The notes: generated by a model from the letters alone, not told the origin. 64,000 bases of DNA from Glaucostegus cemiculus (GCA_976551045.1 CDPCPM010000050.1:15066001-15130000); one strand, 5' to 3'. Shown: positions 37,801 to 51,184, numbered from the stretch's first letter. Translations and numbers: made by a program.

Positions 37801-40800
37801 AACAAGTCAAAAGTCCATCCAGACGCAAAAGACTGCAGATGCTGGAATCTGGAGCAACAACCCGTCTGCTGGAGGAACTCAATGGGTTGAGCAGCCTGTC
37901 CATTTTCTACCAATTAAGTATTGATCTGATAACTAATCGACCTCTATCTCGATCATATCTATCTTTATGATATGATATCTCTATCATATAACACAATAAC
38001 TCTGATGGGAAACTGTTTGAAAGAATCAGTCACCTTTCACGGTGTTTACCACTTAGTAGATGGGCTAAGCTTACTACGTGTCATTAAAAGCATTGCTTTA
38101 CAGCCTGTAACTTATTACCTTCTCACATTAACAGCATTGTAGGTGACAAGACTGACACAAGGACATGTGTAAAAATTAAATAAAACACAACCCATATAAG
38201 TACATTTCTCTAGCTCTTAAAGAGTGATACTCTATAGCCTCCAAGGTCTATTATGGTCCTCCAATGGTGTGTACCAACTGATAACCTGCACATTGCAATT
38301 CATGGAGACTTTGTTCATGTTAATTATCTGCCCCAACAGCCATGAAGGAAAATAGTTTGATAATGATAAGCTTTAGAGAATCTCATTGGCATTGGCGAGG
38401 GCAAAAACACAGTGATGCAAATCACCCAAGTTTCTTGAGAGGAGGACATGCAATTTTCCCCAGTTCAATTTCTAGCTCTAAAATTATATATTTTACTATT
38501 GTGGTACTGTTTATACATTGTGCTTCAAGTCCTCTGTTCAAATTGCTCTTAAATTGGCTGGAATAAATGGCACAAAGGATCTGGCCTGAAAGAGTGATTT
38601 TCTCCATCTAATTTGGGTCTCTCCACTACCTACCTAATAACATAATTATGATCAGGAACTTGATGTGCAACAATTCTATGGAATAAGACTTAGTCTATAG
38701 CAAAGCCTGTGACACAGAAGCATGACAAATATTATTGTGCTCAGTTAGAAAGTCAGAAATATAATGTTTGGGATCAACCAAGATGTTTCAATTGCAATGG
38801 CACTCTACTTATCAGAAATGAAAAAAGGAAATCAGGAACCCGTCAGTTTAACATCAGTCAGAATGATGCAAGGGACTAGCAATTTAAATTATGTCAGGTT
38901 GCACTGTGTGTTTTTAGAATTTAAAAGGGTAACAGAATGGTCAATTTAAAATAACCAAGAGCTTTGGCAGAACCAGGCTATTTAAGAAATCAAGAGAAAC
39001 TTCGACACTAATGGAAATCCAGAAAATTATTGTTAGGTCCATCAAGAAATATGGACTTAAAGTGGGTCAATGGATTTAAGTTGGAGTGGCTCAAGAACCT
39101 AAATAATCCAAAGTTTTCACGTACCAATGAAACCCAGGCTTGGTAACTGACCTTGCTGAGGATTTATTATCTATCTGTGTGTTTTACATGATCAATCAAA
39201 TTAATGAATATTCCAGTGAATTTGGAAATCAATTACACTTATACAATGGTTGAGTACAGCCTTCTTTTTGTGTTCACCTGGCTACTTCATAGTAAATTTG
39301 TTATATAAAATTGAATTACTGATGTAATTAACAGATTTCAGATGACCTTACCTGCCGAAGACCATGCAGTTCAGTGTCAGCTCGCTCCTGTTTAGATTTT
39401 GCCAGTTCCAGAATCTGATCTTTTCTCTTCTCCCGCTCAACTAAAATAGAATTGCAAAACCAGGTACTTTTTTTTCTTTAATATAAATTTGGCATGCAAA
39501 AATCACTAAAAATATTGGAACATGAAATGCAAATATAGCGAAACATTATTTTTGCATTCTGCATAGACAAACTATTTCAGTAGTTTCAGTTTTCACATTA
39601 ATATTGTTATTTTTTTATTTGGGCAGATGAAAATCAAGTAAAAAAATTTCATATAGCACATATTTGAATACAGGAATTAGGAGCAGGAGTTAGCCACTAG
39701 GCCCCCTCTCTGAACTTACTCGGAAGAGCTCTGCACCTTCTTACTTATCAAGAATCTACCCACTTTTACCTCAGAAATATTCAAAGACACTGCTTCCACC
39801 ACCCCTTGAGGAAGTTTCAAAAACTCATGACCCCCAAAGAAAATATTTCACCTCATCACTGTTTTAAATGGACACTTACTTTGTTTAAATGGACACTTAC
39901 TTAGTTCTAACTCCAGCCTTAAGAGTAAGCTCTCCATATTCACCCTACCTCAGAATCTCATCATATGCATTCAAGTTCCTTCTCCAAAACTCCAGCAAAC
40001 AAAAGCCTAATCTGTCTAACCTTTCCTCACAAGAATATCTACCCATTCAAGGTATTTGTCTAGTAAACTTTCTCTGAACTACTTCCAATGCATTAACAAT
40101 ACTTTTTAAAAATAAGACCAGTACTGTACATAGTGGTCCAGATGTGGTCTCACTAATCCCCTACATAACTGAAGAATAACCTCCTGACTTTTGTATTTAG
40201 TTCCCCTAGCAACAAACAGTAACATTCTATTAGCTTTCCTAATTACCTGCCATTACTGTACACTCGCCTTTTGAAAATCATGCTCTAGGACACCCAGATC
40301 CTTCTATATCTCAGAGCTCTGCAGTTTCTCACTATTTGGATTAAATGCTCCTGTTTTATTTTTCCTGTCAAAATGGACAATCATACATTTTCCCACATTC
40401 AGATTCTCCATTTGCCTGATCTTCACCCACTCACTTAACCCATCTACATATTTCCTTGGCCTTACGTCCTCTTCACAACTTACCTTCCTACCAACTTTCT
40501 GCTGAGAGGACTTGACATTAAGCTGATTTAGAAAAACAACTCAATTTATTTTTGAAGCAGTCAGATTCAAAATAATTACTCAAGAATTTTGGAGGGTATT
40601 GTTTCCACCTTAACCTTTGACCCTGAAACCAAAGGCACACAGTGGAGCACAGTTCCATTGGAAAATAAGCCCTTTGATTAAGCTCGTCCTTCATTTGTGC
40701 TAATGTGAACATTAATAATAGAACAATACAGCACAGGAACAGGCCCTTCGTCCCATGATGTATGCACTGAACATGATGTGGAATTAAACTAAATCTCTCC

Positions 40801-43800
40801 TGCCTGCACATGATCCATATCCCTCCAATTCCCTGCATATTCATGTGTCTAACAGCCTCTTAAAAGCCACCACTGTATCTGCTTTCACCACTACCCCTAG
40901 CAGCCCGTTCCAGCACCTAACACTCTCTGTGTAAAAAAAAATTGCCCCACAGATCTCCTTTAAACTTTTCCCCCCTCTCACCTTAAATGCAGGTCCTCTA
41001 GTATTTGACAGTTCCACTCTGGGAAAAAGACACTGACTGTTGACCCTGTCTTTCTCTCTCATAATTTTATAAACTTCTATCAAGGAATTATGGAAAGGAA
41101 AGAGAAGCATCACACCTTGGCCTTTTGGTCACTAAATAAGAAATCAGGTGCAGGAGCACTGCATTCTTCTGTCCCCAAATACTAGAATACAGGGCTATTC
41201 GGACTGATTTGCTGCTGTCGTTGGTAGAATCAGCAACAATACAGACAAATGACCAACCTGGAATCCATGATGGGTCACAGAATACCCTGTGGCAACTACG
41301 ACAGATGGAAGCACCCTTATTATTTCTTTAAGATTATTTACTTACCAGCTAATGTAAGCTCATTTCCCAGATATTGTCTTTCTTGTTTAAGGCGAATTAT
41401 TTCTTCCCTTTGCTCATTATTTTCCACTGTTTTTTCATCCAACTCATCTAAATAAAAAAAGGATAAAAAGTGTGAGTGGAGTGGTGAAGATACTGCAAAA
41501 AGGACAGAAAATGTTATGTTCAAAGTGGTGAGGAGTTCTACAGTTTGATGTTTATAAAGAGGCTCTATCTTTAAAACATTAGCTTTCTCAATCCCAGGCA
41601 AGTACTGACATAAACATATTTACAGTTTCAATTTGCTTTTGAGAGAGATTAGCAGTTAGGGTCAAATTCTGGAATTTAGTTACTTTACAATTCGTATCCT
41701 TGTCTTAATTTTTTTCCACTATCACCAATCCCTCTCATTTAGTTCCATCTTTCCTGATATTAGTGCATCTTGATACTGTAATCCCATGAGTCCAGAAGCT
41801 ATCCTGACAGTAATCTCCTTTGAGTGAATGCAGAGAATGACAAATGCAAATCATGCTATTGGACTTCATAGATAAGCTGAAATCAAGTAACATACATGGC
41901 ATTTGTATTTAGTAAAGCTCCAATAATGCACTATCAAACGACTCGGAAATGCCAGTGGTTCAGCACTGGCTCACCAAGTGATGTTTGCCATGCTCCCTTT
42001 CCATTCACTGGGCCCCCTGTTCCCCTGCCCTTTCAACTTGCCAGGGTCCAGGTTCCCACACTCCTGTTCAACTTGCCACTCCCCTGCTTCCCATTCAACT
42101 CGTGGGGCCATGGTTCCTGCGCTCCATTCCCACTCACCTGGAACCAGATTTCCATGCTCCCTTCCCACTCACTGCAGCACCTGTTCCTGTGTTCCCTTTC
42201 AACTCACTTGGGCTCCAGTTGCTACATTCCATTTCCACTCACCACAGTCCATTCCTGTACTCAATTTAAACTCACCATGGCCCTCATTCCCATGCTCCAC
42301 TTAAACTTTAACTGGTTCACTGAAAAATTTATTATAATACATGTATAAAAAGTTATTTGAGGTATTAACATCCAACAGTCTGAAGTATCTGTTTGTCCAA
42401 CACCATCAAAATCCCAAGCAATTTTACTCTATTTGACCAAATACTGTGAGAATACTGGGAGATGCTAATCTTGTCTGATCCTTAACAGTATTCTTCCCCC
42501 ACAAATAGCCCAGTCAATAACAGTAATTCTACCCAGATAAATTTATCTTGCTGTATTCTCACAAATAAACAAGCCACTTGTTTGTGTAAATAAACCAAGA
42601 AAGCCCAGAAACGCCTCTACTTCCTGCGGAGATTGAGGAAAGAGAACTCCCATCCTTCTATTATGAAAACTTTTTATAGAGGGACCATTGAGAGTATCCT
42701 GACACACTGCATCACCATCTGGTATGGGAGCTGCCCAGCTGCTGGATGGAAGTCCCTTCAGAGAATAGTGAGAGCAGCAGAGAAGATCATAGGTGTCTCT
42801 CTACCCTCTCTATATAAGGACCTATGTGTCAGAAAGGTCACAAACATAATGTCAGACCCTTCTCACCCCTCCTACCACCTCTTTACACTCGTTATCTGGA
42901 AGAAGGCTGCAGTGCATCCGGGCAAGGACTACCAGACTATGCAATAGCTTCTTCCCACAAGCTATCAGAACCATGAGCTCCCTCATCCCTCCATCCCTCC
43001 CGCCAACGCCAAAGGATGCTAGGCGTACAGAAATGCACCAGCACTTTAAATGTTCGTTGTTTACTGCCTCAGTACACTCACTTTAAGATTGTTTATTCGA
43101 GTCGCTATTTAATTTTGTGGTTCCAATGTTTTTAATGTCTTTCTGTCTTTGTGTCTCTCATTGTTTTGTTTTAATGTGACGAGCACCTTGATCTGTGGAG
43201 TACAGTATTTCACTCCTATGCATTCTGAATGTGTATATAGTAGTGACAATAAAACTGATTCTGATTCACTTTGACAAGCATTTTGAAGTTTAAAGAGTGC
43301 AATACATAGCAACATTACACATCTATGTATTTATTTATTTTTGTATGTACTACTAAATATAAAACAGAAATGCTTCCATAAGCTACACCCAATTAAACAG
43401 TTGACAGAAAGAGAATGAATGATATTTATAAATAAGAATAACAAAAGCAAATTTAAATCAAACAGAATCTAGTTTGATAACAGCAGCTTTGCCTGTGTAC
43501 TTTATAATATCAAATGCTCCTTTTAGAATGCAGTCATTAGGAATCCGTGTAGCTATATCAACCACTCATTACCATATATAAATAAAAACTGTTCCATTTT
43601 GACATTTTACCAAAATGCTTTTAATTTATCACTTTAATTTTGCTAAGTACTGATTTGCCAACACAATCTTAATGGATCTCCTCTATATTCCATTAAACCC
43701 AGAGATTAAGCTTTTCCAGAAATACAAACCCCAACAAAAACAAATCACTAATTTCAACCACAGCTCTTTCACATCCAAGTCGAAAGGTGATGGGTTTCTG

Positions 43801-46800
43801 TCTCTCCCCAAATATCTGATCCAAAAATCTAGGCTGAAAATATAGTGTAGAGATAAACCTAACACCTCATCTGCACTCTGACTTTGATGTAAAAGCTTCC
43901 ATGAAAAAATCAAGTGCAGAACACCACACTTAGGCAATATTTATCCCTAAACCAATATCATTAACTTAAAACAAAACATTTCCTTGTGAGCCATCTTCTA
44001 CATTAGAACAGTGGTGACACCTCAAAAGCACTTTGCTATAAAACTGCTTTGGAATATCCTGAGGTAATGAAAGACATGATAAATCTAAATTCTTTATTTC
44101 TAACTATTCCAGCAGGAGATAGTTTAATCTTTACATTCTCCTCTCCAAATCCTTTCCCAAAATAGATTTTCTCAGTCTATATGCATCTCTCCTTTCCATT
44201 TTATGCCTCCCATTCAACATAGCCATTCTTCCCCTTTTCCCCAATAGGTCTTCTCTTTCTTTCTCCTGATCCTCTACCAATTTTGGGTAGGTTTTCAAAG
44301 GAAATTGTGCCACCATAGCCTAATTCACTTTCTGGAGTTAGAACCAGAGGGGAAAAAGGAAGAGAAAACAAAATAAAATCTAATAAGTTTAGCACATATC
44401 TCTATAACATAACAACAAAAAACACACCAGTTAATAAATAATCACTTGTTACTGCAGTGTGAATTGGTTGTCATATAAATACTTAAATTTTGCGCTCTTA
44501 TTCTCCATAATACATTTATTAACATCAATTCCTAAACAATAGTAATTTACAACCTACCCTTAAGCTTGCAGATTTCATGTCGTAGTTTCTTTGAATGCTG
44601 TTTGCAATCATGAACCTCTTTCCTTGAATTTGTCTCATTTAGCCTGGCTTCTCGTAGTGCACCCTCCAAGGTTTTAAACCTAGCTGTAAGGTCCATGATG
44701 TGATTGGTAGCTTCAACCATATCTTTGTCCTAGACAAAATGCATCAGCATCATGGTTATTGCAGCATTATGCAAGAAAACATATGGAACAATTTCAAGAT
44801 AGTTTACAGTTTTTTAAAATTCCTTATATTTGCATTTATTCAAGTGATTTGTATTGATTGCCTCAGAGAAGACAAGGAATGTAGCCTGTGGAAGAGGGCT
44901 AACTCCCTGACAGCATTTTCAGAATTTCTATGTTCAACTGTACATCATGAAAATCCTGAAGGTAATGTCACTTTCAGACTTTAATTATGGCAAATAATGT
45001 TGTCATTGTTACTGCTCCCAAATCTAGACCTCGATGTCAAACAAAGGAAATTTTAAAACTTCATGAGATAAGACCAGAAAATGCCAGAAACACTCAGAAG
45101 GTCAGGCAGCATCTGTGGAGAAAGGAAGTTAATGCTTCTGGCTAAAGGTCCTTTGTCAGAAATGGGAGACAAAGAGCAAGAGGACATTAGAGAAACAGAG
45201 CACAAAATTTTAATAACCTCTTTTCAAAAGCTTGTAAGTCAATAATATTTGGCTTTACGATAACACGTCATTCATTCCATTGACTCCTGATATTTTATGG
45301 AAACATTTTCTAGATTCTAAAATGGAAGCTTCTAGATTTTCCTATAGTGGAGAACATGGGAGGTTTATTATACATCCCACTGATCACTTATAGTACCTTT
45401 AATTCTAGCATTGTAGCGAGCTCCTGTTCACGTGCCTGTAACTGTCCCACCTGGGCAGACAGCTCCATCACAGAGGAATTCAGACTTTTGTTCCTGTCCT
45501 GGTTGAGGCAAGCAGAATCCATCAATTGATTTTAAATATACATTTATGGGACAAAAATGTTAATGATTTGTGGTTTTTTTCCTGCTGGCAGTCTTACCTC
45601 TAGCTCTTCACAGTTGCTAGCACACTCTGCTGCTTTTTCAGACATTTCCTTCAGCCTTTGCTGGGTGCAGTTGAGTGTTTTTAGACAATCAGCTTGTTGA
45701 GATTCCAAAATCTTTTGTTGTGTACTTAAAGTTCTGATGATCTCGTTCCTGTTTCGCAGTTCATCTATTAAACACAATATTATTAACTGTTTGTATACTA
45801 ATTTATAAAAAGCGCCAATGCATTTTCCCTTTGCACATTACTGATCTGTGAAGAATGCTTTTCTCCTAAGTCTATAAGCATGTTTTTTTCTGGGGAGTAT
45901 TTTACAAAGAATAAGTTATACTCGGTACCCCATGGATCAACCCCTTGTGCTGAGACCACGTCCCGTGGTTCTAGACTCTCAAGCTCAGCAGGATTAATAG
46001 ATAATTAAGAGGGGTTTGGGAGTAATGAACAGAATATAATAAAGTTTTATTAAAGTTAAATAAAGCTAACTACAAAAGTGCAAGGCCTGAGTTGGTTATG
46101 GTAGAAAGTCCACTAAAATGTATGACAGTAAACAACCAATGGCTAAAGAGGTAGTACACAGATTCCAAGTACATTTTAAGGCAAAACAACTCCAACAGGA
46201 TAAATGGCTAGCCATGCCTATCAAGTGAAGTTGATACTTCTACAGATATGTCAAAAGGAAAAGATTTGCTAAAGTTACAAAAGGCACAGAAAATCTCCCA
46301 GAAATAGAGGAAAACTACAAGTTTAGTATGAATAAGAGCAAAGAAATCAGCATTAATAAAGAAACTAGTATTGGCAAAATTAATGGACTAAAAGGCAATG
46401 AGGTTTTGAAAGAGGTGGCTATGGAAGTTGTGGAAGCATTAGTCCATGTGTCTTCCTAACTGTTTGCTCTATCTGTATGTTAGTTTTGTGATTCATGAAC
46501 AGCATAGTCTTATCAAGTTAAAAATCCAGTTCTGCTTTTCCCAACATAAATTATCTCATAAATTCTCTACATCAAAGTATTATTGGGTGTTTCAAGGCAA
46601 TAGCAGATCTCAGAACTGAGATACTTTTGCGGATAAGACACTGAGATACAGTCTAAACTGTAAAAAAAAACAGTACTAACGCTCCACTTTGGCACATCGC
46701 TCTTCTAGGCTGAGTATACGCAGGCGATCCTCCTCCCACGCCAGGAGCTGCTTCTGATGCGCAGCCACCATTTCATTTAACTCTTTATCCCGATCTTTTA

Positions 46801-49800
46801 GTTCTGCTACAAGCAGCTGTAATTCATTGCGTTGTTTCTGAATGGTAGTATTCTCCAGATCCACATTTGTATTCTGGGAGTATAAAGGAAATGTCATAAG
46901 AAAGATTGGGATAGTATATTTTCAAGTATTTGAAAAAGCATTGTTAGACTTTCTTTAGAGAAAACAGAATATCACCGATTACAATCCTAGCCGAGTTATT
47001 AATGGCAACAATACATTAATCCATAATCCTACTGAAAAGCAGGGCAACTCTATTCATTATTCTCTAAAGTATATACACCACAAAATGAGAATCATTTACT
47101 TTACCTGTACATTCTGTAAATCAAAGTTCACAAAGTTTTTGATTATTCTGGTGAATATAAAATATTGTATGTGGTTCTAATCCTAAACCAACAACTTAAT
47201 TTGCAAAATCATTCATCACAATCATCCATGTAGATTTTAGGCAGCTTCGTGTGACTTTCAGATAGAAATTTAATTTGCATCTAAATTTCCTGTTTAGTTT
47301 TTATTCTGGATTAACATTTTAGTGAATTGGGCAGAAGAGAGAAGAAAAATAATTCAGAAGTCGCAGGATACGTTTTTCAAATTATTTCAACAATCAACCT
47401 GACCATTCAGGTTTTCACCCTAACTGAAGCACAGTGAACTGTTCCCCAAATGGACATCCTCCCAACTTCATTTCTGTTATAGAGCCAGCTGTTCAGCCCA
47501 TTGACGCTATTCTACTATTCATTTACATTTTGGCTGTTATGTACTTCATTTTCATTTCCCTGCATAAGAATAAGAATGGAATTATTGCATAGAGCACTCT
47601 GAACCTGCTGCACCATTCAATCTTAGCTTCATCTCCACTTTCAACACCATTTCCCATATCCTGAAACTTTCCTAATGCAATGAAACACTAATAATCTGCT
47701 ATACGACTATACAGAAATCCAGATGGTTCAATACCTGGTTCACAGATGACGTTTTTCATGTTCCCCTGAAACTCACCGGCGCTCCTGGTTCCCACAACTT
47801 CCCTAAAAATCAAAAGGGTTCCCATTCCCATGCTCCCCTGAACCTCACTGGGATTCCCAGTTCCCACATTGCCCTGAAACTCACTGGGGCTCCCATTCCC
47901 ATACTCCCTTCAAATTTACTGGGTTCACTGGAAAATTTATTACAATATTACACAACATCTAAAAAGACGGAATTTAAAGTAAAAGTATTGGAGTAAAAGT
48001 CACTGACAAGGCCAGCACTTACAGCCTATCCCTCATTTCCCTCGAGACTCTAGTGATGAGCTCTCAAGCCAAGATATTTCCACAATGCTGTTGGATCAAG
48101 CGTTCCAGGATTCAGAACCAATGAAGATGTCTCTAACCTAATTTCAGCAGCACGTAGCACCTTAGCATACTACTTAATTTAAAATTTAACTTCTTGTAAT
48201 TCTTTGCCCAATCTGTAACTTTTCTAATCAATTGATTCCCACACAAACCAGTTTCTGGCCACTCACCCTCCTATTCCAGATCCTTTTACATTTTCTCAAT
48301 CATATCTCACACTCTAGCACCTGGAAAGTAAAACACTCTACAAATCAAGTATACCTTACCAATCACCCCCAGACTCACAGAATCTCTCACAATCAGCATT
48401 GATCTGTTTTTGGCATCTGTTCTGCTTCTGCTGTGGTAATCTCTCTCGCTCAATCATTAACCATGCTGAACTGCATCACTGATACATAAATGGCTAATAG
48501 ACAAATCAAGATCCCCCAAGATCCACTTTCTGCATTCACCTGCCACTTCCTGCCCCATGAACAAGATCTCTTAATTGCCAACTTCTTTAATCCTGTGGGG
48601 TCACCAGCTTCTACACTGTCTACTCTGGAAAACTTTCATCCTACCTCAGAATTTTTAATTTGTTTTCTTTCCCATCTCATTTCACTTGCCCTTTCCTCAG
48701 CCACTGTACCTGCCTAATAGCAGTTTCCTATCTAAATTCTTCCGGCTTTGATAAAATGACATTTAGTGAAAATTGAACTGTACCCCTGCCTACCCAGTGG
48801 TGCCTTACCTGGATATTTACAGCAATTTCTACTCTTTTCTTCAAAATTCACATTTCAATTTTGTTTTCACATAACTATTTAACCTATATTTTAAAATTTT
48901 GTTTATTGAGTTATTTTCTTCTTGCTCCAAGTTGTTGTACTTATTTAGTAGGTGGAAAGTTACAGGGGTACAGTATATATGGGATCTTGGCAATTGATTG
49001 GTAGAAATATGGAATACTTTCAACAAAGGGACTTAATGGCTGACAAATAAACAGAGATCAGTGAATTAGAATGGGAAAATGAGGCAGCCCATGCCTATGT
49101 GCAGTAAAACCTAGACAGCGTTCAAGCAAGGGCTGAAAGGTGGAAAGTAACATTCACACAACATAGGTGCCAAGCAATGACCATCTCCAACCAGTGAGAA
49201 ACTAACCAGCCACCTTTGACATTCAATATTACCAACACTGGGTCCCCCATCATAATTATTCTGACTATAAGCTCAGTTAGACCAGCTGTGGCTACAAGGG
49301 TAAGTCAGAGGCTGGGTATCCTATGGAAAATGACTTCCTTCTTGACACCTCAAGGCCTTTCTATTATCTAGAAGGCACAAATTGGGACTGTAATGGAATA
49401 CTGCATTCCCAACAACCCTGATGAACCTCAATACCATCCATGACAAAGCAGCCCCCCCCGACCCATCAACCTTCTGAAAAGATTCATGCAGCATCTTCTA
49501 CAAAATGCATTGCATTTACTCACCCAGACTACCCCAAAAGCATCTCCCAAACCTGCAACCTCTACATCAAAAAGCACCAGTGTAGCAGGTGCAAGGGATC
49601 AGCAACGCCTACAGGATTGCCTCTAAGCCATGCACTAACTTAACATGGAAATTTAATCACTGGATCCAAATACTGGAACTCCCTGCCCAACAGCACTGTG
49701 AGAACACCTTCACCAGAAACACTGCAAAAGTTCAAGGAGGTCACAAGCTGCCCAAATTTGACATGCTAATGCATGTTCTGTTGGGTTAAATGTAATCAGG

Positions 49801-51184
49801 CACAAAAGAAGATAATATTACTCACATTTTTGTTAGAGCCATTCAGTGTTGGAACTGCATGAATAGCTTTTGTAGGGCCGGTTTTATATCTTGCTGTATT
49901 TGTTAAAGCAAAGTCTTGCATTTTCCCAAAGTTCATCTTTGAATCTCCAATAGATTTTGAACAGCTAACATTCTCTAAAGAAGACTGAGAAATAAATTTA
50001 AAATATTAAAAGAAAACTGAAGAGTACAAGAGATGGTAGAACTTTCTGTTCATCATTGTCCTGTTGGAATTCGCCAAGAGACTTAATGAGCACTGAGAGT
50101 TTTCTTTTTAATTAATTATAACAAAGGAACACTAACTAGATCTGCAGTTTGATGTATTTTAAACATTAAAAGGTAGAGAGAAATTCTGGTTCCACCTATG
50201 ATGCATCCTAAGTCTCAAAGCAACCTCTCACAATCTCAGCTATGATGCTGGGGAGAGAAACAGATCCTAATTTTAAAGGGCACTTAGCTTGCAAATTCCA
50301 AGGTGGGGCATGGAATAAGAGATAGCAGGGACATGAGGCCTGTCAGATTTTCATGGAAAGATGTGAACATTCACGCAGAGTTTTGCAGAGTCTTATCAAA
50401 ACCCAGACTGATGCAACACATGCCCAGTAAAAAGGAGCAGGAATCTGCCGACAGAACAATGCAGGTGGACACTCCTGGTAATGAACCCCAGTACTAATTA
50501 GAGGAGAAACTTAGAGGGGAACAATATTTGAGAATGATATGGTTATACACCAACTGTACAGACAGTGCCAAAACAATGGGTAGCAGGTCTGGGTCTATAG
50601 TCTATATCTGCCTCAACTCAACAGAACATTGGCAGTGATGAAATGGTACCAGATAAAATAGGTCAACTCAAAACTAATCTTTGTCATTCTCATGCATCAC
50701 TCTTGTTGGGGGAGGGGAAGAAGGGCCAGGGTTTAGAAAAAAATCAAGGTCATTGAGTGGAAGACAAATAAAGGGCTATCAAAAGTACGGATAAAGTAAC
50801 CCTGGGCCATCAACTATTCCAGGTAACATGAATTAGCTTTCCGCTCTTATCAGTCGACAAAGATGAAAGGCCTAGCACTGTAGTTGAAGTAAATAAGTGA
50901 TAGACAAATAATACATTCAAAGTTTGCTTAAGTTATCTTTCTTACTTTAGATTTCGGAGTGCTTCGCCACTGTTCAAGGTGACTTTCTAGAAAGGATATC
51001 AATACAATCTATTAATAGCTGAATGAATTATTGTTTAGAAAATTTCACTGGTGCAGAAACAAATATGGAAGATATTTCAAATTAAAGATTTATCATGCAT
51101 TATACCTGAGGCAGAACCTGCTGTATTTACTGTGTTCCTGGTGTTAATAAGGGCCGAGTCTCCTGAAGGGAGGTCCCCTTCCAT
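28849..51184 (-). CDS. CCDC62: Coiled-coil domain-containing protein 62, full spliced CDS span (14 coding exons, 2508 nt, about 835 aa)
   Basis: Exon translations match recalled human CCDC62 (TIEKQRKELQLLIGELKDRDKELNDMV, ELSAQVGQLQAREQ, NNEQREEIIRLKQE, SPTSKLQRLLAESRQMV); all introns GT-AG with consistent phases. Confidence 0.93.
31527..31667 (-). CDS. CCDC62: CCDC62 coding exon 13
   Basis: AYQDDCSPTTKLQRLLAESRQMVASLERSTQLP...NAR; donor AGG|GTGAGT; alternative in-frame acceptor would start at 31658. Confidence 0.9.
32369..32555 (-). CDS. CCDC62: CCDC62 coding exon 12
   Basis: SDERLELNAYGLESPECSMNSSPVRE...ASSNN; TAGCAG tandem acceptor, donor AAT|GTAAGT; phases 2 to 0 fit neighbours. Confidence 0.8.
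33221..34177 (-). CDS. CCDC62: CCDC62 coding exon 11 (957-nt large exon)
   Basis: Long open frame with EQDWMKLYQP (human DVEWMSIFKP); acceptor TTCTTTTAG|T, donor AAG|GTGCGA; phase 2 to 2. Confidence 0.85.
34358..35038. repeat. Perfect 43-bp inverted repeat (arms 34358-34400 and 34996-35038)
   Basis: CTTAATGGAATCTACAGGAAAAATGGAATAGACAAATCCAAAT and its exact reverse complement. Confidence 0.95.
36151..36251 (-). CDS. CCDC62: CCDC62 coding exon 10
   Basis: VNEKQQHDLQLLHLNLESSQELIKKQEEKILEI (human IYVKQQSDLQFLNFNVENSQELI); donor TAG|GTGGGC. Confidence 0.88.
39352..39440 (-). CDS. CCDC62: CCDC62 coding exon 9
   Basis: VEREKRKDQILELAKSKQERADTELHGLRQ; acceptor TATTTTAG, donor CAG|GTAAGG. Confidence 0.93.
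39665..40500 (-). mobile_element. Decayed CR1-type LINE
   Basis: 3' tail CAGGAATTAGGAGCAGGAG..GCCA on plus; RPHLDHYVQYWS-like motif on minus near 40120-40150. Confidence 0.7.
40712..41085 (-). mobile_element. CR1/HER1-like LINE 3' fragment
   Basis: LIEVYKIMR..DRVNSQCLFPRVELSNTRG..FKVRG; tail ATAGAACAATACAGCACAGGAACAGGCCCTTCG on plus. Confidence 0.85.
41346..41447 (-). CDS. CCDC62: CCDC62 coding exon 8
   Basis: DELDEKTVENNEQREEIIRLKQERQYLGNELTLA; donor CTG|GTAAGT. Confidence 0.95.
41920..42345 (+). repeat. Unclassified dispersed element with internal degenerate 33-37-bp minisatellite, copy 1
   Basis: About 9 degenerate units like AACTCACTGGGGC..C.GTTCCCATGCTCCCTT; flanks shared with 47690-47950. 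Confidence 0.7.
42595..43268 (+). mobile_element. Rex1/Babar-like LINE 3' part
   Basis: KAQKRLYFLRRLRK...FYRGTIESILTHCITIWYGSC...KSLQRIVRAAEKIIGVSLP; ends GACAATAAAACTGATTCTGATTC. Confidence 0.88.
44558..44729 (-). CDS. CCDC62: CCDC62 coding exon 7
   Basis: DKDMVEATNHIMDLTARFKTLEGALREARLNETNSRKEVHDCKQHSKKLRHEICKLK; 172 nt, donor AGG|GTAGGT. Confidence 0.93.
45397..45498 (-). CDS. CCDC62: CCDC62 coding exon 6
   Basis: DRNKSLNSSVMELSAQVGQLQAREQELATMLELK; 102 nt, donor AAG|GTACTA. Confidence 0.95.
45598..45764 (-). CDS. CCDC62: CCDC62 coding exon 5
   Basis: ELRNRNEIIRTLSTQQKILESQQADCLKTLNCTQQRLKEMSEKAAECASNCEELE; donor GAG|GTAAGA. Confidence 0.93.
46681..46873 (-). CDS. CCDC62: CCDC62 coding exon 4
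   Basis: NTNVDLENTTIQKQRNELQLLVAELKDRDKELNEMVAAHQKQLLAWEEDRLRILSLEERCAKVE; acceptor CTCCCAG, donor AGC|GTTAGT. Confidence 0.96.
47690..47950 (+). repeat. Unclassified dispersed element with internal minisatellite, copy 2
   Basis: 4-5 units like CCCTGAAACTCACTGGGGCTCCCATTCCCATGCT; ends GGTTCACTGGAAAATTTATTA as in copy 1. Confidence 0.7.
49060..49750 (+). mobile_element. Decayed LINE RT 3' fragment (CR1/L2 group)
   Basis: W.VTF...RCQAMTIS, QRLGIL, LSII*KAQ...VMEY motifs; homologous to 24335-24880. Confidence 0.6.
49826..49984 (-). CDS. CCDC62: CCDC62 coding exon 3, putative
   Basis: 53 open codons SSLENVSCSKS...LNGSNKN between TTTATTTCTCAG| and AAT|GTGAGT; phase 0 to 0. Confidence 0.7.
50946..50986 (-). 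CDS. CCDC62: CCDC62 coding exon 2 (41-nt microexon), putative
   Basis: (E)SHLEQWRSTPKSK between CCTTTCTAG| and AAA|GTAAGA; phase 1 to 0 bridges exons 1 and 3. Confidence 0.7.
51106..51184 (-). CDS. CCDC62: CCDC62 coding exon 1 (exon starts about 51199), putative start
   Basis: GAAATGG good Kozak; MEGDLPSGDSALINTRNTVNTAGSAS; phase-1 donor CAG|GTATAA; upstream acceptor TGTTAG. Confidence 0.65.

Noticed and set aside
41896-42348. ORFs of 94-150 aa in three frames
   Set aside because: Artefact of the C-rich degenerate minisatellite
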